From a virus (lineage: Duplodnaviria > Caudoviricetes): DNA of 61,680 nucleotides. Positions within the stretch are counted from its first letter, which is position 1, and the number at the start of each line of letters is the position of its first letter. The stretch is from IMG/VR virus record IMGVR_UViG_3300036830_000246, positions 1-61,680 of that record; one strand, 5' to 3'. Of the stretch, positions 38,212 through 47,505 are shown one piece after another. Below the pieces are notes generated by a model that saw only the letters and a program-made list of their open reading frames with translations, did no database searches and had not been told where the DNA came from. The translations under genes were made by a program, and so were the position numbers.

Positions 38212-38571
38212 ATGATCGGCTACCGGCAGAGCGACGGCGACATCACGTTGGACGGCCAATCTATCGGGGCCGGTTACAGCGGTCACGGAATCGGCTTCAA
38301 CAATCCGGCAGAAGAAGCCGTCCACGGTGTGGGTCCGATCCCGCGCGGGCAATGGCAGATCGCGGCGTGGTACGACAATTACGGCCCCAAGGGTCCGACC
38401 GTCGCGCGCCTCTCACCCGTCGGACACGATGCCCATGGACGTTCGGGCTTTCTCATTCATGGGGACAATTCCGCGATGGACCACACGGCATCCGACGGGT
38501 GTATCATCGCTTCCCGCGACATCCGCTCACGTCTTCGCGCGAGCGGCGAAACCCTCCTGGAGGTAGTGTGA
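38212..38571 (+). CDS. Tlde1/DUF2778 (YkuD-fold) peptidoglycan enzyme, candidate endolysin
   Basis: GYSG, GPIPRG.W, GRSGFLIHGD...ASDGCI; first gene of the lysis cassette. Confidence 0.85.
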   Translation: MIGYRQSDGDITLDGQSIGAGYSGHGIGFNNPAEEAVHGVGPIPRGQWQIAAWYDNYGPKGPTVARLSPVGHDAHGRSGFLIHGDNSAMDHTASDGCIIASRDIRSRLRASGETLLEVV

Positions 38572-38729
38572 TGAACGGCAGCGATTTGAAGGCAAAATTC
38601 GACAGCGAGTGGGGTGCGTTCCGCAAATTCATCGCCGCCCATCCCCTAACGGGTTTCTGGGTTGGCGTGGGCGTGGGCGTCGCGGCTTCGTTCGCAACGA
38701 AGCTTCTGGGCTTCACCTTCGGGCTGTAG
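38571..38729 (+). CDS. Small single-TM lysis-cassette protein
   Basis: 52 aa with a hydrophobic C-terminal half; TGATG overlap. Confidence 0.6.
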   Translation: MNGSDLKAKFDSEWGAFRKFIAAHPLTGFWVGVGVGVAASFATKLLGFTFGL

Positions 38730-38732
38730 GCC

Positions 38733-39161
38733 ATGGCGGCCATCTGGCTCTTTCTCAAATCCCCTCTCGGGGCCGGGCTCTTGCTCGCGGCTCTCTTCGT
38801 GACGCTGATCGGCGGCACGGTCGACGGCCTCGTGCTGCGATGGGAAAAGTCCGCATTGCAAAGCCAGGTCGACGGGTTGCAAGACCAGATCAACAACCCC
38901 AAGACGGGATGGCGCGCGCAGCTCACGACCTGCCAGGGAAACGAGGCGAGCCTCAACGGCGCGCTCGGCAAGGTTAGCGATAGCTTCACGGCGTGGCGGC
39001 AGGCGGACGCGGTCCGGCAGGCACAGATCGACGCCGCGCTCGCGGGGCTTGGGAAAGACGCCGCGACAGCCCGGACGGCGGCGGACAAGATTCTCGCCCT
39101 CCAGCCGAAGGGCGATATTTGCCAGGCGGCCCTTGGCCTTCTCCGAGCGAGCGACCCATGA
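38733..39161 (+). CDS. Rz-like inner-membrane spanin
   Basis: N-terminal TM, coiled coil, C-terminal Cys. Confidence 0.75.
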   Translation: MAAIWLFLKSPLGAGLLLAALFVTLIGGTVDGLVLRWEKSALQSQVDGLQDQINNPKTGWRAQLTTCQGNEASLNGALGKVSDSFTAWRQADAVRQAQIDAALAGLGKDAATARTAADKILALQPKGDICQAALGLLRASDP

Positions 39162-39472
39162 AGAGGATTGCTCTCCTTTGCATCGCCGCGATCGCGCTTT
39201 GCGGCTGCGCGAGTGGCCCGAGCGTGCCGCAGGAACCCGCGGTCCAGATCAAGACCGTGGACGTTCCCGTGCCGGTGAATTGCGACCCCTCGGCGAAGCT
39301 TGGCCCCGCGCCGACCTACCCGGACACGGATTCCGCGTTGGCATCGGTCCCGGATGTCTTTACAGGAGTGAAATTGCTCAAGGCCGGACGCAGATTGCGC
39401 ATCGCCCGGCTCGCGGCAGATCAGCAAGCCCTAGATAGCTGCCGGCACGCACCACCGCCTGCCGGCCAGTGA
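39158..39472 (+). CDS. Rz1-like outer-membrane spanin lipoprotein
   Basis: MKRIALLCIAAIALCGC lipobox, Pro-rich, ATGA overlap. Confidence 0.8.
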   Translation: MKRIALLCIAAIALCGCASGPSVPQEPAVQIKTVDVPVPVNCDPSAKLGPAPTYPDTDSALASVPDVFTGVKLLKAGRRLRIARLAADQQALDSCRHAPPPAGQ

Positions 39473-39499
39473 TTTAAACCCGCACGAGGGGGACGGCTG

Positions 39500-39859
39500 A
39501 TGGACTCGCCTTGGATTGATCCCAACAGGATTTTCGACCTCACGGCTGCGGCCTGCGGCGCCTTTCTCACGATCTTGTTCCGTCGTGGCGCCGGGCTTTT
39601 CACCGTGCTCACGACCATCATTACCTCGGAAATGATCGCGTATTTCTTCGCAGAGCCCCTGTGGGGCCTCGCGCACGGGAAGGTCTCGTGGATGACGGAC
39701 GACTGGCGCGGGCCTGTCGATTTGACGCTGGGCCTCGTCTCTATCTTCGTCGTGGGGGGAACTATTAAGCTGGGGGAACAATTCATGGCCTCTCCGACGG
39801 AAACCGTCGCGGCCATTTTTCGTTGGATCATCGACAGGTTCGCGCCCCGGCGCCCCTGA
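39500..39859 (+). CDS. Holin (putative)
   Basis: About 3 TM segments and a basic C-terminus; in the lysis cassette. Confidence 0.65.
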   Translation: MDSPWIDPNRIFDLTAAACGAFLTILFRRGAGLFTVLTTIITSEMIAYFFAEPLWGLAHGKVSWMTDDWRGPVDLTLGLVSIFVVGGTIKLGEQFMASPTETVAAIFRWIIDRFAPRRP

Positions 39860-39866
39860 TGGAAGG

Positions 39867-40202
39867 ATGCCCGCGATGTCCCTCGTGCTTCACCTCGATG
39901 GAATGATGCTGCTCCTCATGGCGCTGTGCCTCACGGCGCTCGGCCACCTCTTCCAGCGTTGGGTGTATCGCATCCCCGTGCTTTTGATTGCGCTGTGCGA
40001 CACCCTCTTGGGGCTCAACCTCCTGGGCGTCTCCGCTCTCCACGGGCTGCCGTCGTGGTTCTGGCTGCGCCTCGTGGCCGATGCCGCGTCTGGCGGCCTC
40101 GTTATCGTATGGGTTCTCGCGCGTCTCGGCTTCGAGCATCGGCTGCATATCGCGACGCCTTCCGGTTACGCGCGGGCCGCGGATCAGCGCCTTTACCGAT
40201 AG
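39867..40202 (+). CDS. Membrane protein (lysis accessory?)
   Basis: Three hydrophobic segments; last late gene. Confidence 0.6.
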   Translation: MPAMSLVLHLDGMMLLLMALCLTALGHLFQRWVYRIPVLLIALCDTLLGLNLLGVSALHGLPSWFWLRLVADAASGGLVIVWVLARLGFEHRLHIATPSGYARAADQRLYR

Positions 40203-40566
40203 ACGGGACTTCCCCCTCCTTGCGCGCCCTCCCGGCATAGCAGGCGGCTTTCGTTGCCCGGTAGAGCTTTCCCCACATGGCATCGGCGGCAACACGCTCC
40301 CGCGCACGCTCCGCGCCGTAGAGGACGGTCGTGTGGTCGAGGGCAAGTGCCCGCCCGATGGCCGTCAAGGGAAGCGCATTGAGCTCCACGGCTAGGAGAC
40401 AAATGAGCTGGCGCGCCCACGCGATCTCGCGCTTGCGCGCCGGTCCCATGATGGAACCCGTCGGCAGACCCATGACGGCTTCGACTGCGCGGCGAATATC
40501 CCCAACGGGAACCATCTCGCCCACCCACGCACCGCACCCATCGGGCGACCGCCGGCGTCCCTTCAT
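40102..40566 (-). CDS. Stand-alone DnaA C-terminal (domain IV) HTH protein
   Basis: IMGPARKREIAWARQLICLL...LPLTAIGRALALDHTTVLYG; start inferred from an ATGA overlap. Confidence 0.85.
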   Translation of the reverse strand: MKGRRRSPDGCGAWVGEMVPVGDIRRAVEAVMGLPTGSIMGPARKREIAWARQLICLLAVELNALPLTAIGRALALDHTTVLYGAERARERVAADAMWGKLYRATKAACYAGRARKEGEVPSIGKGADPRPARNRKASRYAADARSRDAREPIR

Positions 40567-40787
40567 GGCTTGGAACATGCGGGGCATTGGGTATTTCCCG
40601 TAAAGAGGCGTTTCCACCCAAGCGCGTGCGCCCTGTCGAACAGCGGTTGGATTTCATCGCCGCGCTGGACGAGGCACGGCGCATGATCGTCGATCGAACC
40701 CGCACGGGGACCGTCGCAGATGATTACCAGCTCCGTCTCGAAGGGCGGACCGGGGGAATCCGGCACAACGGAAACGATCAGGCTCAA
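40563..40787 (-). CDS. Small Zn-finger-like protein
   Basis: ICD...C...GW...CPAC; overlaps both neighbours. Confidence 0.65.
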   Translation of the reverse strand: MSLIVSVVPDSPGPPFETELVIICDGPRAGSIDDHAPCLVQRGDEIQPLFDRAHALGWKRLFTGNTQCPACSKP

Positions 40788-42235
40788 AGCTTATATTCCT
40801 TGTCGATGAAACCGAGGTCGGGGTTTCCCCGAAGGTGCCATTTGATCCAGGTTTTGAAGTCGCCTTCGTATCGGCGCCAATGGCCTCGCACCCAATGGAG
40901 GCGCTTGTGGAACCTCGGCTCGTGCGCCTCTCCGTCGGGCAAGCGTGGGGCAACGCGCGTGCGGTGCGTGAGGTTTACGACGTGATAATCGAGCAGCGCT
41001 GGCTTGCCTCTCTTCGCGCGTTCGTGATTGAGCTTGTGGGGCGCGCGGACGACCTCCATGACGGCAACTTCGGCATCCAGCATGATGCAGATTGCGCGCG
41101 TCTGGCGTTCGAGAAGGAGGGCGAAGTTCGGCATAGCGGTATCGCCGAAGAAGAATTCCCGGTCGGGAACGAGCTTTCCATTCTCGAATCGGCCCGCGAA
41201 GGCCTGCACCCAGACGCGGCCTGCCCGGATGTAAATCGAACAATCAAGCGGCAGTCCGTTTTCCGCACACCAAATCGCGATCGCGCGGGTCGTGCCGACG
41301 CCACGGTCCTGCGCCATTACTTGGAATTCGAATGCGCTCAGGTCGCCCGGCAGGCGCCACTCAGCGCCGATCTCGTCGGCTTTGTCGAATACTCGGGCCC
41401 AATCGTGGCCCACCACCATCGTAATGGGGGCACCGTGGAGCGTCGGGGCTGCTCCCGCCACATTGAGGAAGAGTCCGTCATCGCAAAACGGATTAATGAT
41501 CCCCCCTTCGGCTTCCGCCTCCTGGAGCTTGTGGTAGAGCGACCCCTCCGCCGCCATGAGGCGCGGGTGCTTCTCCAGCGCCTCGATCATTATCAAAGCG
41601 GCCCCCTGCATCGCGAGCTCGGCGGCGCTGCGTTTGTCTTTCACCCACTCTCTTTTCGCCTTCGCCACCATAAGCTTCGAGCCGGATTTGACGTTTTGTT
41701 CCGACAGTGTCTTGTCGGGATCGAGACGGCGCATGACGCGCGCCTTTCGCCCCGTTGCGGCCTCGTATTCTTCAACGCTCGTCCAGAACTTTGTGTTGTG
41801 CTGCTCCTTGAGATCGAGCATTTCTTCGTCGACTCTTTCTAGAATTCCAGTGTCGAGCTCGCGGAGGAGCGCCTTTCGACGACGGTGGGGAAACTGTTCC
41901 ATCTGGCCTGTTATGAGCGTCACGGTGCGGCGGATTCTGGAATCTCGGAGACTTTCCGGCAGGTCGATTTGCCCGGCTGCCGCGCGCGCCTGCGGGGAAG
42001 CGGGATTAGAGAGGATGTTCAAGATTTGTGTAGCGGTATCGTCATTGACCGCCGCGTCGATTACCCCTGGAATGCCGACACGTTTTTTCGGAAAGCCGGG
42101 CCCAACATCGAAGAGGCCATCCATCGCTTCGAAGGGTTTCATCGAAAAGCGCTCGTCCGGCCCGGCGAAGTGCCGGGCCACTTCCGGCCGCAGCTTTGGC
42201 GGCAGTCCGAGCTGGAATTCTTTCGGTGGTTTCAC
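40784..42235 (-). CDS. Conserved phage hypothetical protein
   Basis: C-terminal RLHWVRGHWR...WIKWHLRG; GTGA overlap start. Confidence 0.75.
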   Translation of the reverse strand: MKPPKEFQLGLPPKLRPEVARHFAGPDERFSMKPFEAMDGLFDVGPGFPKKRVGIPGVIDAAVNDDTATQILNILSNPASPQARAAAGQIDLPESLRDSRIRRTVTLITGQMEQFPHRRRKALLRELDTGILERVDEEMLDLKEQHNTKFWTSVEEYEAATGRKARVMRRLDPDKTLSEQNVKSGSKLMVAKAKREWVKDKRSAAELAMQGAALIMIEALEKHPRLMAAEGSLYHKLQEAEAEGGIINPFCDDGLFLNVAGAAPTLHGAPITMVVGHDWARVFDKADEIGAEWRLPGDLSAFEFQVMAQDRGVGTTRAIAIWCAENGLPLDCSIYIRAGRVWVQAFAGRFENGKLVPDREFFFGDTAMPNFALLLERQTRAICIMLDAEVAVMEVVRAPHKLNHERAKRGKPALLDYHVVNLTHRTRVAPRLPDGEAHEPRFHKRLHWVRGHWRRYEGDFKTWIKWHLRGNPDLGFIDKEYKL

Positions 42236-42453
42236 AGAAGGGACTCCTTCTCGGCAAACCATCGGCGGACTTTAAGTTCGAGCGCCTCGCCCACCGACTC
42301 TTCAATGCGCCGCTCCTGGCCACCATGCAGGCATGAACGCGGAATCCAGTGGGTGGTTTTCGTCACTGTGAGTTCCACCTTCACGGCCTTAGGGGATGTG
42401 CCCCTGATCTCGCAGGCGATTTCCACATATGGATCGTCGAAATCGAACGGCAT
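42232..42453 (-). CDS. Small beta-barrel hypothetical protein
   Basis: TSPKAV...WIPRS...V..WFAEKE. Confidence 0.65.
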   Translation of the reverse strand: MPFDFDDPYVEIACEIRGTSPKAVKVELTVTKTTHWIPRSCLHGGQERRIEESVGEALELKVRRWFAEKESLL

Positions 42454-42457
42454 TGTC

Positions 42458-43093
42458 TTATCCGCCGAGTTCTTCTCGCGCCCTCTGGTAGGCGAGATTG
42501 AGCTCCACAGCGCGTTCGTGGTCGCCCCCATTGTCCGGGTGGTTTGCCTGCATGAGAGAATAATAAGCTCGCCGGGCTTTTCCCAACGAACATGCTTCAT
42601 TTAACCCTAGGATTTCCCTCCACGATTTCGGCGGCGGTAAGGCATTGAAGCCCGTGAATGCGCGTTCGAGGATCTGCGCGCCGCCATGCCGCTCGATCGC
42701 CCGCATGGCGTCCATCGTGGCTGCAACGGCTGCGAGGTTGTCCGCCACGCGGTCATAGATGTCGATCGCCATGACCTTCATCTCGCCATTGCGCGTGCGC
42801 CAGTACACGGCCACGCCGGGATCTTGCGGTTCGCCCTGGCCGGACCGCGGAAAGCCATCGCGGCGCAGCACGACGTTCGTGGAGATCACGACGTCGTCTG
42901 CCCGGACGTTCATCCGGCGCAGCTCCGCTATCGTGCGTTCCGTCGCGTCCGCCATTGACACCGATTTGGCCGAACGAAAGCCGCCCTGTTCCCAATTGGG
43001 CGTCGAGTTCCGTTTGGTGGAAAACAGCGCCCGCTTGCGCGACCGCGAGCGGGGCCAGCCCTCGGGCCATTGGAGGGGAAAGCGGGGAATCAT
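42458..43093 (-). CDS. J-domain (DnaJ-like) protein
   Basis: FPLQWPEGWPR, DPGVAVYW, C-terminal WREILG...HPDNGG...LNLAY. Confidence 0.88.
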   Translation of the reverse strand: MIPRFPLQWPEGWPRSRSRKRALFSTKRNSTPNWEQGGFRSAKSVSMADATERTIAELRRMNVRADDVVISTNVVLRRDGFPRSGQGEPQDPGVAVYWRTRNGEMKVMAIDIYDRVADNLAAVAATMDAMRAIERHGGAQILERAFTGFNALPPPKSWREILGLNEACSLGKARRAYYSLMQANHPDNGGDHERAVELNLAYQRAREELGG

Positions 43094-43395
43094 GCGGCGC
43101 CCCTCCTCAGTGATCGCGCGACCGCGATATAGTCTCGAAGCACGCTGATTATCGCCTCTTCGCCGCCTGGTGGGCCATTCACGCAAATCGACCCAACGGC
43201 GGACAAGATACCCATCAAAGACGCGGCCGCCTCAACGGGGTTGTCATTCTGATGCCCGCGGACAAAACAATTGAAGGTATCGCGCATCGCCACGCGATAA
43301 GCTCTCTCAGCTTCATCGAGGCCCGGTTCAGCCGCCCGTTCAATTAGGTCTGCTGATGCGTTCTCAAGCCCCGTGGCTTCAAAGACGTGCATCAC
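43090..43395 (-). CDS. Hypothetical protein
   Basis: Overlap-coupled within the operon. Confidence 0.6.
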   Translation of the reverse strand: MMHVFEATGLENASADLIERAAEPGLDEAERAYRVAMRDTFNCFVRGHQNDNPVEAAASLMGILSAVGSICVNGPPGGEEAIISVLRDYIAVARSLRRGAA

Positions 43396-44672
43396 CGCCC
43401 CTTTTTCTTGTTGGCGTTACGCTCTACCTGCCGGCGGGCGCCGAGGATCAGCGCCGCGAGCTGGCCCCGGTAGACATCAACTTCGTCGGGGCCAAGACCG
43501 AGATCGCCCAGCTGTTCGAGTGTCACGGCCTTGGCTTCGTTGAGCTCGTCCAGGCCGTTGTAAGCCCCGTCGGTAATCGCGGCATCGAGCCGCTCGATGA
43601 TCGCCTGGGCCTCCTCCGCGGGCGTGAGCGCGGGTCCGTTGGACTCCCGCGTGGCGGCATCCCTCCCGTCTTCCGCCTGCGTGGGCTCGGCCGTAGCCTT
43701 CGACGCCACGGTTTCCCGCGGCGGCGCTTCGCTCGCGTCCTTCGCGAGGTTCACGGCCTCGCCCGTGTCTTTCGCTGCCGGGCCCGTGTGCCCAAGCGAG
43801 GATTCCGTCGACTTCAAACCCTCTTCTTGGGAATCCAGTTGACCATGAGCTGGCTCGCGTTCCCCGCGCTCCTCCGGCACCGCGATGGGTTCGCCCGGCC
43901 ATAGATCGTCGATGTCCGCCATCCCGTCGTTGATCGTCTGGATTTCCGCCACGACCTTCGCCATGTCGGGGACGAGCCATTTCTCAATCGGACGCCCCAC
44001 GTGGGCCTCGACCCGCGAGACCTCGACCTTGAGCTCGCTCAACCGCTCGCGAATACGCGCGCGGTAGATTTCCGGCTTGTCCGTGATGCGCTTCGCAATC
44101 CCGTCTTTCGCCTCCAGAAAGGCATAGTTTACGAAGTCCGACAGGGCATTCGCGACCACGTTGCGGGTCGCCTTCGAAACTCCGATCTGGAAGACGAGAT
44201 CCGTCGCGCGGTCCGCGTCCATCTTCTTGCCGACATTCTGGGCTTTGCGCTGCTGGAACGGCCGCTCCATCGTGTAGCCGGTCTCGAAATCCGTGAACTG
44301 GACGTAGATCATCCAGTGCTTGCCTTCGTCGATCACGCGGGTCTTGATCCCGCAATTCCCGTACATGCGCGCGACGGCATTCGTGAGCTTCACGCTCGGG
44401 CCCTCGACCCAGTCGATCTCCTCACGGTTCGTCTTCTTGTCGAATTTCTTCACCGGCCAGCGGTAAAAGAAATCATCGCCCGCCGCACTCGCGACCGCCC
44501 GAATGCGGGCGAACACCATGGCTTCCTTGCGCGGCACGTCCACGATGATGGCGCCGCGCGGGCGTTCATCGGAGATAATCATTTGGCGCGCGGCGTCGGT
44601 CGGCACGAGCGGCGGGGCATCGTCCACGTCATAAGCCTGTTCGAGGCGGCTTCTATAGTCATCGTCAGTCAT
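43392..44672 (-). CDS. Conserved phage protein, possibly recombination / ssDNA annealing
   Basis: YRWP...EGPSVKL..AVARMYGN, SKATRN; acidic linker. Function inferred from context. Confidence 0.6.
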   Translation of the reverse strand: MTDDDYRSRLEQAYDVDDAPPLVPTDAARQMIISDERPRGAIIVDVPRKEAMVFARIRAVASAAGDDFFYRWPVKKFDKKTNREEIDWVEGPSVKLTNAVARMYGNCGIKTRVIDEGKHWMIYVQFTDFETGYTMERPFQQRKAQNVGKKMDADRATDLVFQIGVSKATRNVVANALSDFVNYAFLEAKDGIAKRITDKPEIYRARIRERLSELKVEVSRVEAHVGRPIEKWLVPDMAKVVAEIQTINDGMADIDDLWPGEPIAVPEERGEREPAHGQLDSQEEGLKSTESSLGHTGPAAKDTGEAVNLAKDASEAPPRETVASKATAEPTQAEDGRDAATRESNGPALTPAEEAQAIIERLDAAITDGAYNGLDELNEAKAVTLEQLGDLGLGPDEVDVYRGQLAALILGARRQVERNANKKKGR

Positions 44673-44949
44673 GGGTTTTTCCTTCTCGATGCTGCGTCGT
44701 ATTTTCGGGCTCCAATACGGAGGCCTCGAACGAAGGACTAGGATATAAGACCGGCTCTTCGCTCGTCTCGATCCAGTCGATGTCCTGGCCAGCGGCTATC
44801 TGCGCCTGGACCAAATCTTTCGCGACTTTCTCAAGCAAATACGGCGTTCGCTCGCGATTCGTCGTGACGTGAACATCGACATACTGGACGATTTCCGCCT
44901 GATAGCTGCGCGTAACACGCACGACCGCATCGGTGATTTCCTTTGTCAT
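44665..44949 (-). CDS. Hypothetical protein
   Basis: Overlap-coupled ORF. Confidence 0.6.
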   Translation of the reverse strand: MTKEITDAVVRVTRSYQAEIVQYVDVHVTTNRERTPYLLEKVAKDLVQAQIAAGQDIDWIETSEEPVLYPSPSFEASVLEPENTTQHREGKTHD

Positions 44950-45971
44950 CGCACCGTTGTCCCTTCGTTGATGAAGAATGTCACGCCGCGCAGCGGCTGG
45001 CGCTTGTTGTTGATTTCATCCTTAACGAGGTCCGCGTTGGCCCTCTGGAAGCCGCGGATCGCCTGCTCGATCGCGTCGGACGGCAAATGCTGGCGCAGGC
45101 GTTCGAGGTCGACGGTTTCGCGGTTCACATCCTTGAAATCCACGAACTGCCGCAGGCTCGAAACCGCGCTTTGCGACCGCGAGCGCGTGAGATTGGCCGC
45201 GGAAGTCATCGTCCGGCGGTCTGCGGTCTCGCGGTCCTTCGTCACGGCCTCCGCCTGCTTCGCCTGCTCGGCCGCCGCCGTCTGCGCGGCCTTGTTCGCG
45301 GCCTCGGCGGCATCGGCTTTCGCCTGCGCGTCCTCTTTCGCCTTTTTCGTCCGGGCCTTCGCGAGCGCGTTCTCGGCCTCCAAGTGGGTCTCGTAGGCCT
45401 GCACGAAGGCCGGCAGGGAAATGCAGAAATGCCCCAGGAGTACGATCTGTTCGATTGCGCGTGCGCGTTTGGCCTGCCGCTCGGCTTCGAGGCGTTGCAA
45501 GACCTCCTTGTGGGATTTGTACGAGGTCAAGGCGCGTTCCAGCCGCTCCTTGAGCCTGTTACCGGGCCGCTGGCGGGTGGAGTTCGGGTCCACGAGCTTG
45601 TCCATGACTTCGCGGAACATGCCGTGGATCGTGTCCGCGATCATGTCGTAAGGCTGTTTTTCCGCCATGCGCGTGCTGTCGAGCGCCTTATGGGCGGATT
45701 GGATCTGCCGCACCATTTCGGTCATTTTCCCCTCCGTCTCGTCGTCGTTGCACAGGAGGGTGTTGTTCGCGTCCTTTGAAATCCTCGCCTCGGCATCAAT
45801 GAGGTCGAGCGCGCGGCGGAAGATCGGCGCATGCTTGCCGATTATGAAGTCCTTGAGCTTCTCGCCCTGGAGGAGCTCCGGTGGATTGTTGTGGTCGCGC
45901 GGGGGCAAATCCTCCGGCGGATGTGCCGAGGCCTCATCGAGGCCGCCGCCAAGCAAATCAGGCATGTTCAT
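44946..45971 (-). CDS. Coiled-coil phage protein
   Basis: HNNPP motif, R.AEKQPY, C-terminal LRGV.F; AGGAG RBS. Confidence 0.7.
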   Translation of the reverse strand: MNMPDLLGGGLDEASAHPPEDLPPRDHNNPPELLQGEKLKDFIIGKHAPIFRRALDLIDAEARISKDANNTLLCNDDETEGKMTEMVRQIQSAHKALDSTRMAEKQPYDMIADTIHGMFREVMDKLVDPNSTRQRPGNRLKERLERALTSYKSHKEVLQRLEAERQAKRARAIEQIVLLGHFCISLPAFVQAYETHLEAENALAKARTKKAKEDAQAKADAAEAANKAAQTAAAEQAKQAEAVTKDRETADRRTMTSAANLTRSRSQSAVSSLRQFVDFKDVNRETVDLERLRQHLPSDAIEQAIRGFQRANADLVKDEINNKRQPLRGVTFFINEGTTVR

Positions 45972-45974
45972 CTC

Positions 45975-46376
45975 CTAAAAGGGTAAGGGGGTTTTTAGGT
46001 GGTCGATCGGCGCGTTGGGGTCGTAGCGGTCCGCCAGCCGCTTGCGCTCGTCGCGAATCGCCCGGTAGCGCCCCGGGGTAATGGGGTTGCCCGCGAGGTA
46101 GGTCCATTGATCGACCGCATTGCGGAGTTCGCCCGCCACCATGCAGGCGAGCCATTCGTCACCCGTGAGCTCGTGAGTTTCCGGGTCCGTGGGGGCGACA
46201 CACCAAATCGCGGCCTCGACCCACGGCCCCAGGCGCACGAGGCGCCGCTGATACCAGCCACAATGAGGCTCGTTCTCGTGGATTTCCGGCCGATCGCCCC
46301 GCATCGCGCGGTCGTACCAGTCATAGAGAACCTCACGAGGTGTCCGTGCCCGCATCTCACTCTCGATCCCCTCCAT
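45975..46376 (-). CDS. Conserved phage hypothetical protein
   Basis: [22 protein letters not shown]; start uncertain. Confidence 0.65.
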   Translation of the reverse strand: MEGIESEMRARTPREVLYDWYDRAMRGDRPEIHENEPHCGWYQRRLVRLGPWVEAAIWCVAPTDPETHELTGDEWLACMVAGELRNAVDQWTYLAGNPITPGRYRAIRDERKRLADRYDPNAPIDHLKTPLPF

Positions 46377-46635
46377 GGCGTGGCAGCTTAAGCAGGGATT
46401 CGATCACGCCGAGCGCATCTTCCGCGGCTCGCATGGTCTTGAAGACTTCCGCCATGGCGCTGCGGAGCTGCGCGAGGGGCAACTGGCCATAGGTCATTTG
46501 CGGCGCGATGATTTCGTAGGTCGTGAAGCGGAAATGGCACTTCGTGTCCCGGCAACGCCGGCGCCGGCGGATCGTTTGCTTGATCGGACGACTGTCCATC
46601 ACGAAAGTATCGCCATGGCACGCGGGACACGTCAT
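46357..46635 (-). CDS. NrdR-like N-terminal Zn-ribbon protein (no ATP cone)
   Basis: MTCPAC...VMDSR...IRRRRRC...C.FRFTTYE. Confidence 0.85.
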   Translation of the reverse strand: MTCPACHGDTFVMDSRPIKQTIRRRRRCRDTKCHFRFTTYEIIAPQMTYGQLPLAQLRSAMAEVFKTMRAAEDALGVIESLLKLPRHGGDRE

Positions 46636-46661
46636 TCCATGCCCGTATTGCGATTCGTCAA

Positions 46662-46784
46662 TCACGGATCCAACCCCCAGAAGTCCGAAGAAACCCACGC
46701 GATCGCGAGGGCGCTAACGACCAGAAGAAAGAGATAGAGCCAGCCCATCGGGCTGATGCTTGCGCGCTTCGTCTTCCTGGCCAT
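46662..46784 (-). CDS. 40-aa single-TM peptide (not in the ORF track)
   Basis: [40 protein letters not shown]; first ORF of the leftward operon. Confidence 0.45.
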   Translation of the reverse strand: MARKTKRASISPMGWLYLFLLVVSALAIAWVSSDFWGLDP

Positions 46785-46820
46785 CTAGTGACGGTACGGG
46801 AGCGCTGCGATTCCCACAAG

Positions 46821-46877
46821 ATGAAATAGCGAAAAATCGCATTGACGCTTCCCATACGGTTAACCACACTCCATCGC
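46821..46877 (+). promoter_or_regulatory. Sigma70-type promoter with upstream operator; probably a leaderless transcript
   Basis: TTGACG (46842), 17-nt spacer, CACACT (46865). ATG lies 7 nt later with no RBS. Operator-like motif at 46823-46840. Confidence 0.55.
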
Positions 46878-47111
46878 ATGGCTGAAATTGAGATTTCCCC
46901 CGTTGAGGAATTCCGCCGGAAGCTTGGCCTCACGCAGCGCGAGCTCGCGGCCAGGCTCCATTGCGCCGACACCTTGGTGGGGCGGGCGGAACGCGGCGGC
47001 CCGATCCGGCGCAAATATGTCGAACGCTATATTCAGCTGAGTGACGGACTCCTCAGCGAAGCCGATTTCAACGTAGCGGGTCCGAAAAGGAAGAGCAGCA
47101 ATGGCAACTAA
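46878..47111 (+). CDS. XRE/Cro-like HTH regulator
   Basis: FRRKLGLTQRELAARL..ADTLVGRAERG. Confidence 0.85.
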   Translation: MAEIEISPVEEFRRKLGLTQRELAARLHCADTLVGRAERGGPIRRKYVERYIQLSDGLLSEADFNVAGPKRKSSNGN

Positions 47112-47502
47112 AGCGAAGGCCTCGGCAAAGAAAAAGCCCAAGGTCATCAATGGCGTCAACGGGATAACCCTCGAAGACGTCAGGGAATATTTCGATCAAG
47201 TGCATGGTCTCCACGACGAACTCGATGAAGAAAAGGGCCGCATCATGGGCCAGATCAACGAGGTCTATGAGAAGGCGACGACCGCCTTCGACGTCACGAA
47301 GGAGGCCCTCGTGATGATGTTCAAGAACGAGCGCAAGCTCATCAAGGACGAGAAGAAGGCGCGGAAGATGGACAGTAGGTCGCGCGACTCGATGATGAAG
47401 TTTTCCCAGGCGTTCGGCGAAGGCTCCCCGATGGGCGAATGGGCGGCGCGCATGGCGCGGACCTCCGAGTCCGAGGCGGCCCGGCAGGGCCAGCAGGAGT
47501 AA
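47101..47502 (+). CDS. GapR-like (DUF2312-related) nucleoid-associated protein
   Basis: Helical; INEVYEKA...VTKEAL and C-terminal SPMGEWA resemble phage GapR homologues. Confidence 0.55.
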   Translation: MATKAKASAKKKPKVINGVNGITLEDVREYFDQVHGLHDELDEEKGRIMGQINEVYEKATTAFDVTKEALVMMFKNERKLIKDEKKARKMDSRSRDSMMKFSQAFGEGSPMGEWAARMARTSESEAARQGQQE

Positions 47503-47505
47503 CGG

